From: Pseudobdellovibrionaceae bacterium
Lineage (GTDB): Bacteria > Bdellovibrionota > Bdellovibrionia > Bdellovibrionales > Bdellovibrionaceae
Reading direction: 5' to 3'
Length of the DNA: 34,029 bases
Assembly: GCA_041288045.1 (NCBI GenBank)
Contig: JBGGMM010000108.1
Coordinates: 1-34,029 of the forward strand
Made by a program: the position numbers and the translations under genes. Below the pieces are notes generated by a model. The model did no database searches, was not told where the DNA came from, and saw nothing but the letters and a program-made list of their open reading frames with translations. Positions 1 to 9,109 of this stretch are shown in pieces (position 1 is the stretch's first letter; each line of letters begins with the position of its first letter).

Positions 1-429
1 GCTTTTTCCATCTGTGAGAAAGTGCTCAAGCGCTACTCGAAAAAGTTTTTCGTGAAGATCGAGCAAAAGGCCATCTGTGGAGATCACATTCATTTATTGA
101 TCAGAATCTCAAAAAGATCACTCGCTCAGCATTTTCTAAGAGTTGTGGCAGGACAAATTGCTCAGGAATTTGGAAAGAGCAATCTCTTGGTGACCGATAC
201 CCCCCATCCAACCTCGGAATCTAGGCAAGTCCCCACAAAGACAGGGGAAAGGAAGACGAAGCTTTGGAAATTCAGGCCTTTCACACGAGTCGTTAAAGGC
301 TGGAAGGCTTATCTGACAGTCAGAAATTATATCAGGCTCAATGAGAAAGAGGCCAAGGGCGAGATCAAGTACTCGAAGCAAAGGCTGAGAGGACTCTCGA
401 CAGCCGACTGGCAGGTGCTTTGGAGTTAG
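1..429 (+). mobile_element. Y1/HUH tyrosine transposase (RAYT / IS200-like), 5'-truncated by window edge
   Basis: Frame is open from base 1. HUH motif (GDHIHLL), W..RPF(T/S)R motif and putative catalytic Tyr (VRNYIRLN) are typical of Y1_Tnp/RAYT proteins. Confidence 0.8.
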
Positions 430-572
430 ACACTAAGGCCAGCCAGAAAGAAAAGACCATTTCGTAAAACCTTTGAACAGCTGTCGAAGAATTTTTTCGT
501 CAGATCGAAATTTTAAAATTTCCGCAGCGACGTGAGATTTGGAATTGGCCTCTAATTTGTACTTCCTAGTCT

Positions 573-1355
573 GTGATGAAGGCCAAATTGGTGTCTCATT
601 TTGATACTTTACTCCGTCAGCTTGTCTCTCTGACAACGGCTGGATTCTTTGCTTTGGCTCCGTCGATCGCTTCAGCTTCTATACCTGCTGCTTATTTTCC
701 AAAATACAAATTTAAACTGGCTCATTCTGATTCGGGAACTGTTCAAGAGATTCCAGTGGGTCAATCTTTTTTGAGTCTGACAGCCGCAAATACCAAGAGC
801 CGTCGGCCTGCTTCGATCAACCGAGCAGCGCAGACAGTGGCGGCGCCTTCAAAGATTTTTTACGGTGAGAATGGCACTTCTATTTCTCCAGAATTGATTG
901 CCAACTACAATCACGTCAAAGCTTCCGAGAAGCCAATTGATATTTCGAGTATCATTCCACTGGATATGAAGCCGACACATGATTCCGCAGCCGTTTTTTC
1001 TCAGGTGGCCGATCAAAGTTTGACGACTCTGTTTAATTCTCCGGAACTGCGAGAAAGCTCGATTGGCCAAACCGCTACTGCTGTCGAGCAAAAGATGAAA
1101 CAAGAGGTCGTCATTGGGAGCGAAGATCCAGAGTCCACTCAGCATAAATTGAATTTCAATGTTCAAGCTTTTCAAGCCACAGCTCAAGTCCAATACACAG
1201 GACTAACAAATGCAGCTTTAAAATACAAAATCGCTAAAAATGAACTCGCAATGGAAGTCTTTGAAAAAGTAGCCTCGAATCAAGACGTGGTGCTGAGCCA
1301 CTCCATCAGTTCTGCTGACCGTGTTTCTGAAGTCAGCTTTCGCTGGTCTTTCTAA
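573..1355 (+). CDS. Hypothetical exported protein
   Basis: 260 aa ORF with a hydrophobic signal-like segment (FFALAPSIASA). The C-terminal region looks beta-rich and ends in FRWSF. Start uncertain. Confidence 0.7.
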   Translation: MMKAKLVSHFDTLLRQLVSLTTAGFFALAPSIASASIPAAYFPKYKFKLAHSDSGTVQEIPVGQSFLSLTAANTKSRRPASINRAAQTVAAPSKIFYGENGTSISPELIANYNHVKASEKPIDISSIIPLDMKPTHDSAAVFSQVADQSLTTLFNSPELRESSIGQTATAVEQKMKQEVVIGSEDPESTQHKLNFNVQAFQATAQVQYTGLTNAALKYKIAKNELAMEVFEKVASNQDVVLSHSISSADRVSEVSFRWSF

Positions 1356-1373
1356 TCCCAATCGGATTTCAAG

Positions 1374-1396
1374 AATGCTCCAAACTTTGGAGCATT
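1374..1396. repeat. Inverted repeat AATGCTCCAAA-C-TTTGGAGCATT (operator-like or terminator-like)
   Basis: Perfect 11-bp arms with a 1-nt spacer, read directly. Confidence 0.7.
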
Positions 1397-1491
1397 TTGC
1401 TTCAAATTTTTAAAATGACCATTGGAGTTTTTTAAAAACGTCGTTAATTTCATTTCTGTCGAAACCAACAACCTTCTTTAAGGAGACAGAA

Positions 1492-1767
1492 ATGAAAAAA
1501 GTTATTCTCGTTCTTTTGGCTAGTTTTGCAACTTCAGCGGCTTGGGCCCAGCCTATCAATCTCAGATCCGGAACATCCGTCGTGATCAACGGTGATGTTG
1601 TGACTTGTGAAGGCCCTAATCAAGAACTCCTCGATGCCTGTTCCATTAAACAAAACGGAAATCATTATCGACTCTACGTCGGTGACTCTGTTGTCGAAAC
1701 CTTCTATTCCTTTGACCAGGCTCTTGATGGAGCGCAAAAAATGAAAGAAGCAGGCCTCTGTCGCTAG
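1492..1767 (+). CDS. Small secreted hypothetical protein
   Basis: AGGAG RBS upstream, Sec signal peptide (MKKVILVLLASFATSAAWA), 91 aa with 3 Cys. Confidence 0.8.
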   Translation: MKKVILVLLASFATSAAWAQPINLRSGTSVVINGDVVTCEGPNQELLDACSIKQNGNHYRLYVGDSVVETFYSFDQALDGAQKMKEAGLCR

Positions 1768-1783
1768 TTGAACCTCGAATCAA

Positions 1784-1814
1784 TTCTCTTTGGAGCAGAG
1801 TGCTCCAAAGAGAA
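1784..1814. repeat. Inverted repeat TTCTCTTTGGAGCA-GAG-TGCTCCAAAGAGAA
   Basis: Perfect 14-bp arms with a 3-nt spacer. Shares the TGCTCCAAA core with the repeat at 1374-1396. Confidence 0.75.
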
Positions 1815-1849
1815 AATGTGACAAGATTCGCCATTTCAGTTAGAGGCTT

Positions 1850-2602
1850 ATGATGAATTCAGTCCAGAGGATCTTAAATCAAAAATTTATCGATCTAAAA
1901 TCGAAGAACCCTCGATTGTCGCATCGTTTTTATGCACAAAAACTAGGTATCAGCTCAGGTGCTCTGAGCGAAATCCTGAAAGGAAAACGGAAAGTTTCTC
2001 CTAAACTTGCGACAAGATTGGCAGCTCGGCTTCATTTGGATCCCAAGACCACGGCCGAATTCATAGGTCACCAGCACGCATCGGATTCTGAAGTTGATTC
2101 ACAGCTCGACTATCTTCAGTTATCAGATGATCAATTTCACTTAATTTCGGAATGGCCCCATTTTGCGATTTTGAATTTGGTTAAAAGCGAAGATTGCCAA
2201 CATCGAGCGGAATGGTTTGCTGAGCGATTAAATCTCCCGCTTCGCACGGTCCAGGATGCAGTGGATCGGCTGCTGCGTCTGGGGATGCTGACTTTCCAAA
2301 AGCGAAAATTCACTCGATCCAAAGCGCATTTTAAAACGTCCGATGAGGTTTTGAATTTATCCATTCAAAAATCTCATCTCGAAGACCTTGAAATGATTCG
2401 GGAGCACCTGACTCATTTGGAAGTTCATGAAAGGGATTTGACATCGATTACTTTTCTTTTGGATCCTGCCAAAATGCCAGATTTCAAAAAGTGGATCCGC
2501 AAAGCTCAGGATCAATTCAGCCATAAGTTTGAAACTACAAAAAGCACAACGCCTTACCGGTTGACCATGGCCTTGTATCCGCTTAAAAGAAGCAAAAAGT
2601 AG
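1850..2602 (+). CDS. TIGR02147 family protein (N-terminal HTH, C-terminal DUF4423), putative transcriptional regulator
   Basis: KNPRLS.R.YAQKLGISSGALSEILKGKR HTH, F.LISEW.HFAIL motif, ERDLTSITF and YRLTMALYPL C-terminal motifs match this family, which is expanded in Bdellovibrionota and Fibrobacter. Confidence 0.85.
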   Translation: MMNSVQRILNQKFIDLKSKNPRLSHRFYAQKLGISSGALSEILKGKRKVSPKLATRLAARLHLDPKTTAEFIGHQHASDSEVDSQLDYLQLSDDQFHLISEWPHFAILNLVKSEDCQHRAEWFAERLNLPLRTVQDAVDRLLRLGMLTFQKRKFTRSKAHFKTSDEVLNLSIQKSHLEDLEMIREHLTHLEVHERDLTSITFLLDPAKMPDFKKWIRKAQDQFSHKFETTKSTTPYRLTMALYPLKRSKK

Positions 2603-2610
2603 GAATAATT

Positions 2611-3654
2611 ATGATTTCATTTTCTCGTTTCATCCAGGCAATGACTCTTTGTTCTTTGGTTTTAGCAACTGTCTCTGGGAAAGCTGGCGACAAAGTCGGC
2701 AATGGAGGTGGTGTGTGGGTTTGTGAGGGTCCCCAGCTAGAAATTTTTGACATTCTTTTCATGGATGTTTACGAGGCCAGAAGAGAATATAAATTGAATT
2801 TGCCTGAATCAGATCTTTCGGATCTTGAAATTGTTCGAATTCAAAAGCCATGGATCGAGAAATTTCTGCTGGAACCTCGGCAATTCCTAAAACACATTGA
2901 ATATGTTGAAAAGAATGTCACATGGATCGATGACGTGATCATTCAAATCCCAGACGGGGCAAATAAAACCAGTCCTCATCCCACACTCTGTAAACAAGGG
3001 GAATGGAAAGCTGTTCAATTGGTGAACTTTACGGATGATTTTCGAATTTTGGTTCGTCGAGAACTTTTTGAATCCAGTTTCATGTCGAACCTTGAGAGAG
3101 CGGCAGTTTACCTGCACGAAGGAATCTATTCCTATCTTCGCAGTGAAGCTGGAGATTCAACTTCTGTGAGGGCCCGAGCGATTGTTGGATTTCTTCTTTC
3201 TGATCTTCCGAATCAGGAGAAGGTTGAAAGAATTCAGAAAACACTCCAGCAAAGTGGTCCGCCTGAAGATCCTCCCCCTCCGTCCCAAGGTTGGATCTGT
3301 GGTATTAAACCGCAAAAATTTTCGGCGCTTTACATAGGTGAGAATTCAGCACAGCAAAAAGCCAAAGAGAGTGCCTTGAAAGCATGTCAAGACGGCGAAA
3401 ATCACATGCCTCCTGGCTTTCCTTTTCCGGGAGAACCATTGGGAGATTGCAAAGCAGAAAAAATTCTTTGTGAAGCAATTCTTAGTGCTGAAAAATCAAA
3501 ATCTTGTAAATTAGATCTTTCACCTTTTGGTAAGATCTACGAAGGAGTGGGGCGAACTCGTCTTGAAGCTCAGAAAGAAGCTATGAATCAATGTCTTGCG
3601 GTCGAAGGTATTGAATCCAAATGTTACGATGGCGATGATTTGACTTGCAACTGA
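2611..3654 (+). CDS. Secreted hypothetical protein (GNGG motif, LHE motif, Pro linker, two Cys-rich C-terminal repeats)
   Basis: Signal peptide followed by GDKVGNGGG, AAVYLHEGIY, a PPEDPPPPS linker, and repeats GENSAQQKAKESALKAC / GVGRTRLEAQKEAMNQC. Confidence 0.8.
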   Translation: MISFSRFIQAMTLCSLVLATVSGKAGDKVGNGGGVWVCEGPQLEIFDILFMDVYEARREYKLNLPESDLSDLEIVRIQKPWIEKFLLEPRQFLKHIEYVEKNVTWIDDVIIQIPDGANKTSPHPTLCKQGEWKAVQLVNFTDDFRILVRRELFESSFMSNLERAAVYLHEGIYSYLRSEAGDSTSVRARAIVGFLLSDLPNQEKVERIQKTLQQSGPPEDPPPPSQGWICGIKPQKFSALYIGENSAQQKAKESALKACQDGENHMPPGFPFPGEPLGDCKAEKILCEAILSAEKSKSCKLDLSPFGKIYEGVGRTRLEAQKEAMNQCLAVEGIESKCYDGDDLTCN

Positions 3655-4901
3655 GCGCCGCCAATATCTGATCTTTTTTGAAGACCCATCCAATTGGCTT
3701 TGGTGGCCTGAGAGTAGGCGTTTCGAATGGCCTCTTGAAAGCTAGAACCTAAGCCAACGGCATTGAGGACCCGGCCACCTTTGGTCATCCAATGACCTTT
3801 TTGATCCTTCCCAGTTCCAGCATGAAGAAAATAACTGAACTCGGTCGAGGATTCGAGATCCCCTTCGATGGGAAGGTTTTTTTCTGGATTCATTGGGTAG
3901 CCGGGGGCTGCAAGGACCACGCAACTTGAAAAAATATTTTTGCTCTTCAGCGGCCGCAATTGACCTTGAGAAAGGTTTTTGAAAATTTCGCCAAAATCTT
4001 CATCCAGAAGTGGTAGCACCACCTGCGTCTCAGGATCGCCAAAGCGGCAGTTGTACTCGAGGACTTGAGGGCCCTGTTCTGTGACCATAATGCCAATAAA
4101 GAGGATGCCACGGTAGAGATAATTTTTTGCCGTCAATTCCGCGACTGAAGGTGCGACAATTCTATTTTCGATTTCGTTTCTCAGCTTTTCTGAGATTTTC
4201 AAGGGGGCGACAGTGCCCATGCCTCCAGTGTTCGGTCCCTGATCACCATCCTGCAAACGCTTGTGATCCTGAGCCAGTGGCAAAGTCTGCCACTCTTTAC
4301 CGTTTGTTAGAATCAAGTAGCTGAGTTCCCATCCCGGCATGAACTGTTCAAGCAAAGCCCGATTGCCAGCGGATCCTAAAATCTTTTTCTCAAACAGATC
4401 CGTCGCCGCAGTTTCAAGTTCTGCCAGAGTCTTGCAAATGAAAACACCTTTTCCAGCAGCGAGGCCATCGGCCTTTAAAACATATGGCGGAGTGAAATGC
4501 GAAGCCACTTTCCTGACCTCATCAACGGAGCTCACAATTTCAAATTTAGAAGTGGGAACTTTTGCCGAGGCCATAAATTCTTTGGCAAAAATTTTGGACC
4601 CTTCCAGCTGCGCACTTTCGGCTGAAGGTCCGACGACCAGAATTCCGCGTTCACGCAAGCGATCCGAAAGTCCATCAACCAAGGGATCCTCAGGGCCAAT
4701 CATCACAAAATCAATTTCTGTTCGCAGACAAAATTGGATCAAAGATTCTGTGTCTTTCCAATTGAGATCATGACAAACAGCTTGTCGACTCATCCCCGCT
4801 GAACCAGGCACAGCATGAATCTCCGTGACCGAAGAAGATTGTGAAAGGGCATGAACGATGGCGTGTTCTCGACCGCCTTGGCCAATCACCAAAACTTTCA
4901 T
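3624..4901 (-). CDS. purD: Phosphoribosylamine--glycine ligase
   Basis: MKVLVIGQGGREHA start with GGAGG RBS. Motifs KADGLAAGKGV, QDHKR, GPNTGGMG, EYNCRFGDPETQ and GGRVL. Confidence 0.97.
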   Translation of the reverse strand: MKVLVIGQGGREHAIVHALSQSSSVTEIHAVPGSAGMSRQAVCHDLNWKDTESLIQFCLRTEIDFVMIGPEDPLVDGLSDRLRERGILVVGPSAESAQLEGSKIFAKEFMASAKVPTSKFEIVSSVDEVRKVASHFTPPYVLKADGLAAGKGVFICKTLAELETAATDLFEKKILGSAGNRALLEQFMPGWELSYLILTNGKEWQTLPLAQDHKRLQDGDQGPNTGGMGTVAPLKISEKLRNEIENRIVAPSVAELTAKNYLYRGILFIGIMVTEQGPQVLEYNCRFGDPETQVVLPLLDEDFGEIFKNLSQGQLRPLKSKNIFSSCVVLAAPGYPMNPEKNLPIEGDLESSTEFSYFLHAGTGKDQKGHWMTKGGRVLNAVGLGSSFQEAIRNAYSQATKANWMGLQKRSDIGGAQLQVKSSPS

Positions 4902-4910
4902 TCTTCCTCC

Positions 4911-4939
4911 TTGCGAGTGAGTGGAAACCACCTTACTCT
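4911..4939 (+). promoter_or_regulatory. Putative sigma70 promoter for the thiolase operon (probably leaderless)
   Basis: TTGCGA-N17-TACTCT ends 8 nt before the ATG at 4948, with no SD sequence. Confidence 0.45.
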
Positions 4940-4947
4940 GAAAACCT

Positions 4948-6129
4948 ATGGAAAAAATAGTCTTTATATCAGGCAAAAGAACCCCTTTCGGGGCTTTCGG
5001 TGGAAGTTTAAAAGATGTTTCAGGAACAGAGCTCGGTGTCATTGCTGCCAAAGCAACATTGGAGCAGGCCAATCTGTCACCTGAGCAGATTGATCACACG
5101 ATTTTCGGCAATGTGGTGCAAAGCGGAGCCGATGCCGCTTACTTGGCTCGACATATCGGATTGAAAATTGGTGTGCCCGTGGATCGCGGTGCCTACATCG
5201 TCAATCGACTTTGCGGCAGCGGATTTCAGTCTTGGGTTTCTGGGATTCAAATGATCCGTGACGGAGAAGCCTCAGCAGTTCTCGCTGGCGGAGTGGAGCA
5301 AATGTCGCAAATCCCTTACGTTATGCGTGGCGCTCGCTTCGGAGGTCTTCGCATGGGTCATGGAGAATTGGAAGACTCGATGACTTCGGCACTCACTGAT
5401 GCCTACGCTGGAATTCCCATGGCGATCACGGCCGAAAATTTGGGCGAGAAATACGACATCACTCGCGATCAAGTGGATCAGTTTTCGATTCAATCTCAAA
5501 CTCGCTATAAAGAAGCTTTGGCTGCAGGAAAATTTGCACAAGAACTGACGCCTGTGAAATTGGAATCCAAAAAAGGCACTTTGCTTGTGGAAAAAGACGA
5601 GCATCCAAAACCAGATGCGACTTTTGATAAATTGAGGACCATGAAAGCTCTTTTCAAAAAGGATGGTCTTGTCACAGCAGCGACGGCTTCTGGGATTGTG
5701 GATGGTGCAGCTTGCTCACTTTTGATGAGTGAAAGCAAAGCGAAAGCTTTGGGAATGAAACCGATGGCTCGCATTGTCTCTTATGCTTCAGTCGGCTGCG
5801 ACCCAAAGATCATGGGCATTGGACCTGCGGGAGCTTCTCGCATGGCTTTGCAAAAAGCGGGATTGAAGCTGGAGCAAATGGACCTTGTCGAAGTGAATGA
5901 AGCTTTCGCAGCTCAATATTTGGCAGTTGAGAAAGAATTGAAATTGGATTCTAAGAAAACCAATGTGAACGGTGGCGCCATTGCAGTCGGTCATCCCTTG
6001 GGAGCTTCAGGGACCAGAATCATGAATCACTTGGTCTATGAACTGCATAGACGACAAGCCAAGTACGCTTTGGGCAGCGCCTGCATTGGCGGTGGTCAAG
6101 GCATTGCGATTATCATCGAGCGAGTTTAA
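4948..6129 (+). CDS. Acetyl-CoA C-acyltransferase (thiolase)
   Basis: RTPFG, NRLCGSG (catalytic Cys), NEAFA, GHPLGASG and CIGGGQG motifs. Confidence 0.96.
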   Translation: MEKIVFISGKRTPFGAFGGSLKDVSGTELGVIAAKATLEQANLSPEQIDHTIFGNVVQSGADAAYLARHIGLKIGVPVDRGAYIVNRLCGSGFQSWVSGIQMIRDGEASAVLAGGVEQMSQIPYVMRGARFGGLRMGHGELEDSMTSALTDAYAGIPMAITAENLGEKYDITRDQVDQFSIQSQTRYKEALAAGKFAQELTPVKLESKKGTLLVEKDEHPKPDATFDKLRTMKALFKKDGLVTAATASGIVDGAACSLLMSESKAKALGMKPMARIVSYASVGCDPKIMGIGPAGASRMALQKAGLKLEQMDLVEVNEAFAAQYLAVEKELKLDSKKTNVNGGAIAVGHPLGASGTRIMNHLVYELHRRQAKYALGSACIGGGQGIAIIIERV

Positions 6130-6132
6130 AAA

Positions 6133-6900
6133 ATGGATTTGAACCTCCGAGAAAGAACCACTGTGATCCTGGGACCCACTGGTCCCACATTGCAAAACCT
6201 TGTGGTGGCTCTCACGCAACAGGGCTCTGATGTGGCCTTGATTGATGCAGATGCCAGTAAAATGCAAAGATTTTGCAATTCGATCACAGATCAGCGCGAA
6301 GTGAATCCCAAATTTGGTAGAGCGACTGCCATTCCGCTGGATATGAGCAAGCCCGGCGCTCTCAGAGATGCGATCGGAACAGCAGCGCAGACTTTTGGTA
6401 GCATTGATATTTTCATTGATGCACTCTCGGCTTCAAAGCCAACTCCGTTTCAAATTGGCGAAGAGAACAAAGAACTCGATTCTATCATCGCTCAAAATCT
6501 CACTCTTAGTTTGAAAGCGACAGAATACGCCGCTGGATTTTTAAAAGGCCGTAAGCGAGGTCGAATCATTTATTTGCTTCAAGATGCCATGAATCGCGGA
6601 TTGATCATGGACGCAGCTGCCACCGCCGCTCGCACAGGGCTGATTGCTTTTGCCAAAACAATGGCAAGACAACTGCAAGAAGTGAATGTGACAGTCAATT
6701 GCGTGTCCCTCGGTCTCACAGAAGAATATCTTTTGGGTCATTTTCCCGACTGTGCTTCGATCAAAGAAGCACAAGAAAAAATGAAATCCGTGGATCCGCT
6801 GTTTCGAATTTCTGAACCGGAAAAGGTCGCAAATTCTTTGGTCTACCTTTGCAGTGCTTCCGGAGCCGCAGTCACAGGACAACATCTCGTTCTTTCCTAG
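6133..6900 (+). CDS. Atypical short-chain dehydrogenase/reductase (SDR)-fold protein
   Basis: FGSIDIFI, GRIIYL, VTVNCVSLG and VTGQHL motifs. The Gly-rich and YxxxK motifs are degenerate. Confidence 0.85.
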   Translation: MDLNLRERTTVILGPTGPTLQNLVVALTQQGSDVALIDADASKMQRFCNSITDQREVNPKFGRATAIPLDMSKPGALRDAIGTAAQTFGSIDIFIDALSASKPTPFQIGEENKELDSIIAQNLTLSLKATEYAAGFLKGRKRGRIIYLLQDAMNRGLIMDAAATAARTGLIAFAKTMARQLQEVNVTVNCVSLGLTEEYLLGHFPDCASIKEAQEKMKSVDPLFRISEPEKVANSLVYLCSASGAAVTGQHLVLS

Positions 6901-6909
6901 AGAGGACTT

Positions 6910-8076
6910 ATGTCAGATTTTCAATCCATCGATTTTTTCAATCTCGATCAGCACTTGAGCACTGATGAAAAATCCACCCGTGCAAAAGTCCGAGACTTCG
7001 TTACAAAAGAAGTCATGCCAATCATCGCCGATTGTTTTGAAACTCAACGATTTCCAAAAGAATTGATTCCGGGTTTTGCCAAGCTCGGAGTTTTCGGTTC
7101 CACCATTCAAGGCTATGGCTGTGCCGGCGCCAATGCGACAACCTATGGCCTAATGATGCAAGAAATTGAAAGAGCCGACAGCGGCCTTCGCAGTTTTGTG
7201 AGCGTGCAAGGCGCGCTTTGCATGTATCCCATTTCTGCTTACGCTAGCGAAGACCTCAAAAAGAAATATCTTCCAGAAATGGCGCAAGGAAAATTGATTG
7301 GCTGCTTTGGGCTCACAGAGCCTGATTTTGGATCCAACCCATCAGGCATGACCACTCATGTGCGCAAAGAGGGAAGCAAATATATCCTTAATGGCCACAA
7401 GCGCTGGCTGACCAATGGACCCCTAGCGGATCTGGCAGTTGTCTGGGCCAAGAACGAAGAGGGAAAAGTCTGCGGTTTTCTCGTTGAGCGAAATCTGCCA
7501 GGAATCGAAGTCAAAACTCTCGAGCGACGACTGAGTTTGCGAGCCAGCCTTTCTTCAGAGTACATTTTCAAAGACGTCCCAGTGCCAGCAACTCACAAAT
7601 TAGAAGTTGAAGGATTGAAGGGGCCATTCTCTTGTCTGAACAATGCAAGATTTGGAATTTCATGGGGAGTCCTGGGCGCCGCTCAAGATTGCTATCAACG
7701 AGCGCTTGAATACACCAAAGGCCGATCGCAATTTGAAAAACCTCTCGCATCCCACCAACTGATTCAAGCGAAGCTTGTTGAAATGTTCACAGAAATCACT
7801 TTAGGACAAATGCTGGCCTATCACTTGGGCCGATTAAAAGATCAAAACAAAGCTACGCCAGAGCAAATCTCAATGGCGAAAATGAACAATGTCTCCAAAG
7901 CTCTCAAAATTGCTCGCATGAGCCGAGATCTATTAGGCGCCAACGGAATTCTTGGCGATTATCACGTCGCTCGTCATATGATGAACCTTGAAAGCGTGAA
8001 CACTTATGAAGGGACCGAGGACATTCATCGTCTCGTTCTCGGCCAGCATATTACGGGGATTGCGGCTTTTCGCTAG
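6910..8076 (+). CDS. gcdH: Acyl-CoA dehydrogenase, glutaryl-CoA dehydrogenase type
   Basis: EIERADSGLRSFVSVQ, GCFGLTEPDFGSNP, CLNNARFGISWG and NLESVNTYEGTEDIH are characteristic of GCDH. Confidence 0.85.
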   Translation: MSDFQSIDFFNLDQHLSTDEKSTRAKVRDFVTKEVMPIIADCFETQRFPKELIPGFAKLGVFGSTIQGYGCAGANATTYGLMMQEIERADSGLRSFVSVQGALCMYPISAYASEDLKKKYLPEMAQGKLIGCFGLTEPDFGSNPSGMTTHVRKEGSKYILNGHKRWLTNGPLADLAVVWAKNEEGKVCGFLVERNLPGIEVKTLERRLSLRASLSSEYIFKDVPVPATHKLEVEGLKGPFSCLNNARFGISWGVLGAAQDCYQRALEYTKGRSQFEKPLASHQLIQAKLVEMFTEITLGQMLAYHLGRLKDQNKATPEQISMAKMNNVSKALKIARMSRDLLGANGILGDYHVARHMMNLESVNTYEGTEDIHRLVLGQHITGIAAFR

Positions 8077-8086
8077 AAACCATCCA

Positions 8087-9109
8087 TCAAATCTGCAATT
8101 GAGTGTGATTCAGATGCTCCCAAAGCTCGGCTTCACTATAAGCGTGAAGTTTGAGAAGTTCCTCATAGGGGTCGCCCTCAATTCCAAGGGCTTCGGCAAA
8201 AGCTGGCTCAGTTTTTAAACCTGATTTTTTCAAGTTCAAAACTTTTTTCTTTAGGTCTTTACCAAACATTTTAAGCAATCGGGCTTCGACAATCAGGTGT
8301 CGATGAGCGGATTGTTGATGAGAAGGAATTTTTTGCCAAAAAATTTCGAATGGGACTTGATCGACTTGAAAGCCAGCAATCCACGTTTCTTGTCCGAGAA
8401 CAGAAGTTTTCTGGATCTGAAAGTTTTCAAATTTGGAAAATTCGCTTTTTAAAACGTCTTCCGAGCCTTGAAAGTTTTCAGAGCTTATCAAAATATCCAC
8501 ATCCGAATTTTCAACCCCTAAACCCAATGGAAAAGTTCCTGAAACCAAAGGCGAATAAGGCTTCAGCTTTTTGAGGACTTGGGATTTTCCTAGGACATTT
8601 GCGATTTGTTGATTTTTTTCCAGCTCAATCACTTGCTCTAAAGAGTAATGATGAAATTTAACCGCGCAGTTTTGAAATTCAATTTCCAGTTCTTGGTTGA
8701 AATCTTTTTCAAGGCCGCCCAGATCCATTTTTAAGTAGGAGTATTTATTTTTCAAATCTGAAAAACTTTGACTGGTCACAACTTCGATATGCTCAAAGCC
8801 TTCCACTGTGGTTTTTCCGGGCTTTGGAGCTGGAACTTCCACGAGGTCAATGCTTCGGCCATGATACTCAATAGGTGTGTTCAGTTTGAAAGTTGAGATC
8901 ATCCGTCCTTTGACAGGGCTTTCAATGAGCAGCTGCGAAAAGTTTGTCATTTGCTGGCAGATGCTTTGATAGTGATCCAAGCTGTTGGTGCGATAACAAA
9001 GATGATCAATTTCATCATGGCCCAAATCCACTTTGTTTTCTTTCAGGATTTGAAACAACCGATCCAGGAAAGCATTTGCTTCTGCTTGAAACTGATTTTG
9101 ATCCTTCAT
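8087..9109 (-). CDS. Fusion of YecM-like VOC domain and DUF4269 (nucleotidyltransferase-like) domain
   Basis: N-half: IDHLCYRT, ES.VKGRMI, VEVPAPKPGK, GFEHIEVV, VKFHH. C-half: LVSGTFPLGL...SDVDIL, AHRHLIVEARLL, GLKTEPAFA..LGIEGDPY. The ATG at 9109 overlaps the upstream stop (ATGA). Confidence 0.85.
   Translation of the reverse strand: MKDQNQFQAEANAFLDRLFQILKENKVDLGHDEIDHLCYRTNSLDHYQSICQQMTNFSQLLIESPVKGRMISTFKLNTPIEYHGRSIDLVEVPAPKPGKTTVEGFEHIEVVTSQSFSDLKNKYSYLKMDLGGLEKDFNQELEIEFQNCAVKFHHYSLEQVIELEKNQQIANVLGKSQVLKKLKPYSPLVSGTFPLGLGVENSDVDILISSENFQGSEDVLKSEFSKFENFQIQKTSVLGQETWIAGFQVDQVPFEIFWQKIPSHQQSAHRHLIVEARLLKMFGKDLKKKVLNLKKSGLKTEPAFAEALGIEGDPYEELLKLHAYSEAELWEHLNHTQLQI

Noticed and set aside
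507..522. Perfect palindrome GAAATTTTAAAATTTC downstream of the transposase
   Set aside because: A/T-only core that arises easily by chance, and no resemblance to the GC-containing repeats, so not called as a transposon end.
4902..5072. N-terminal extension of purD in the ORF track
   Set aside because: It overlaps the divergent thiolase. PurD homology and the GGAGG RBS place the start at 4901.
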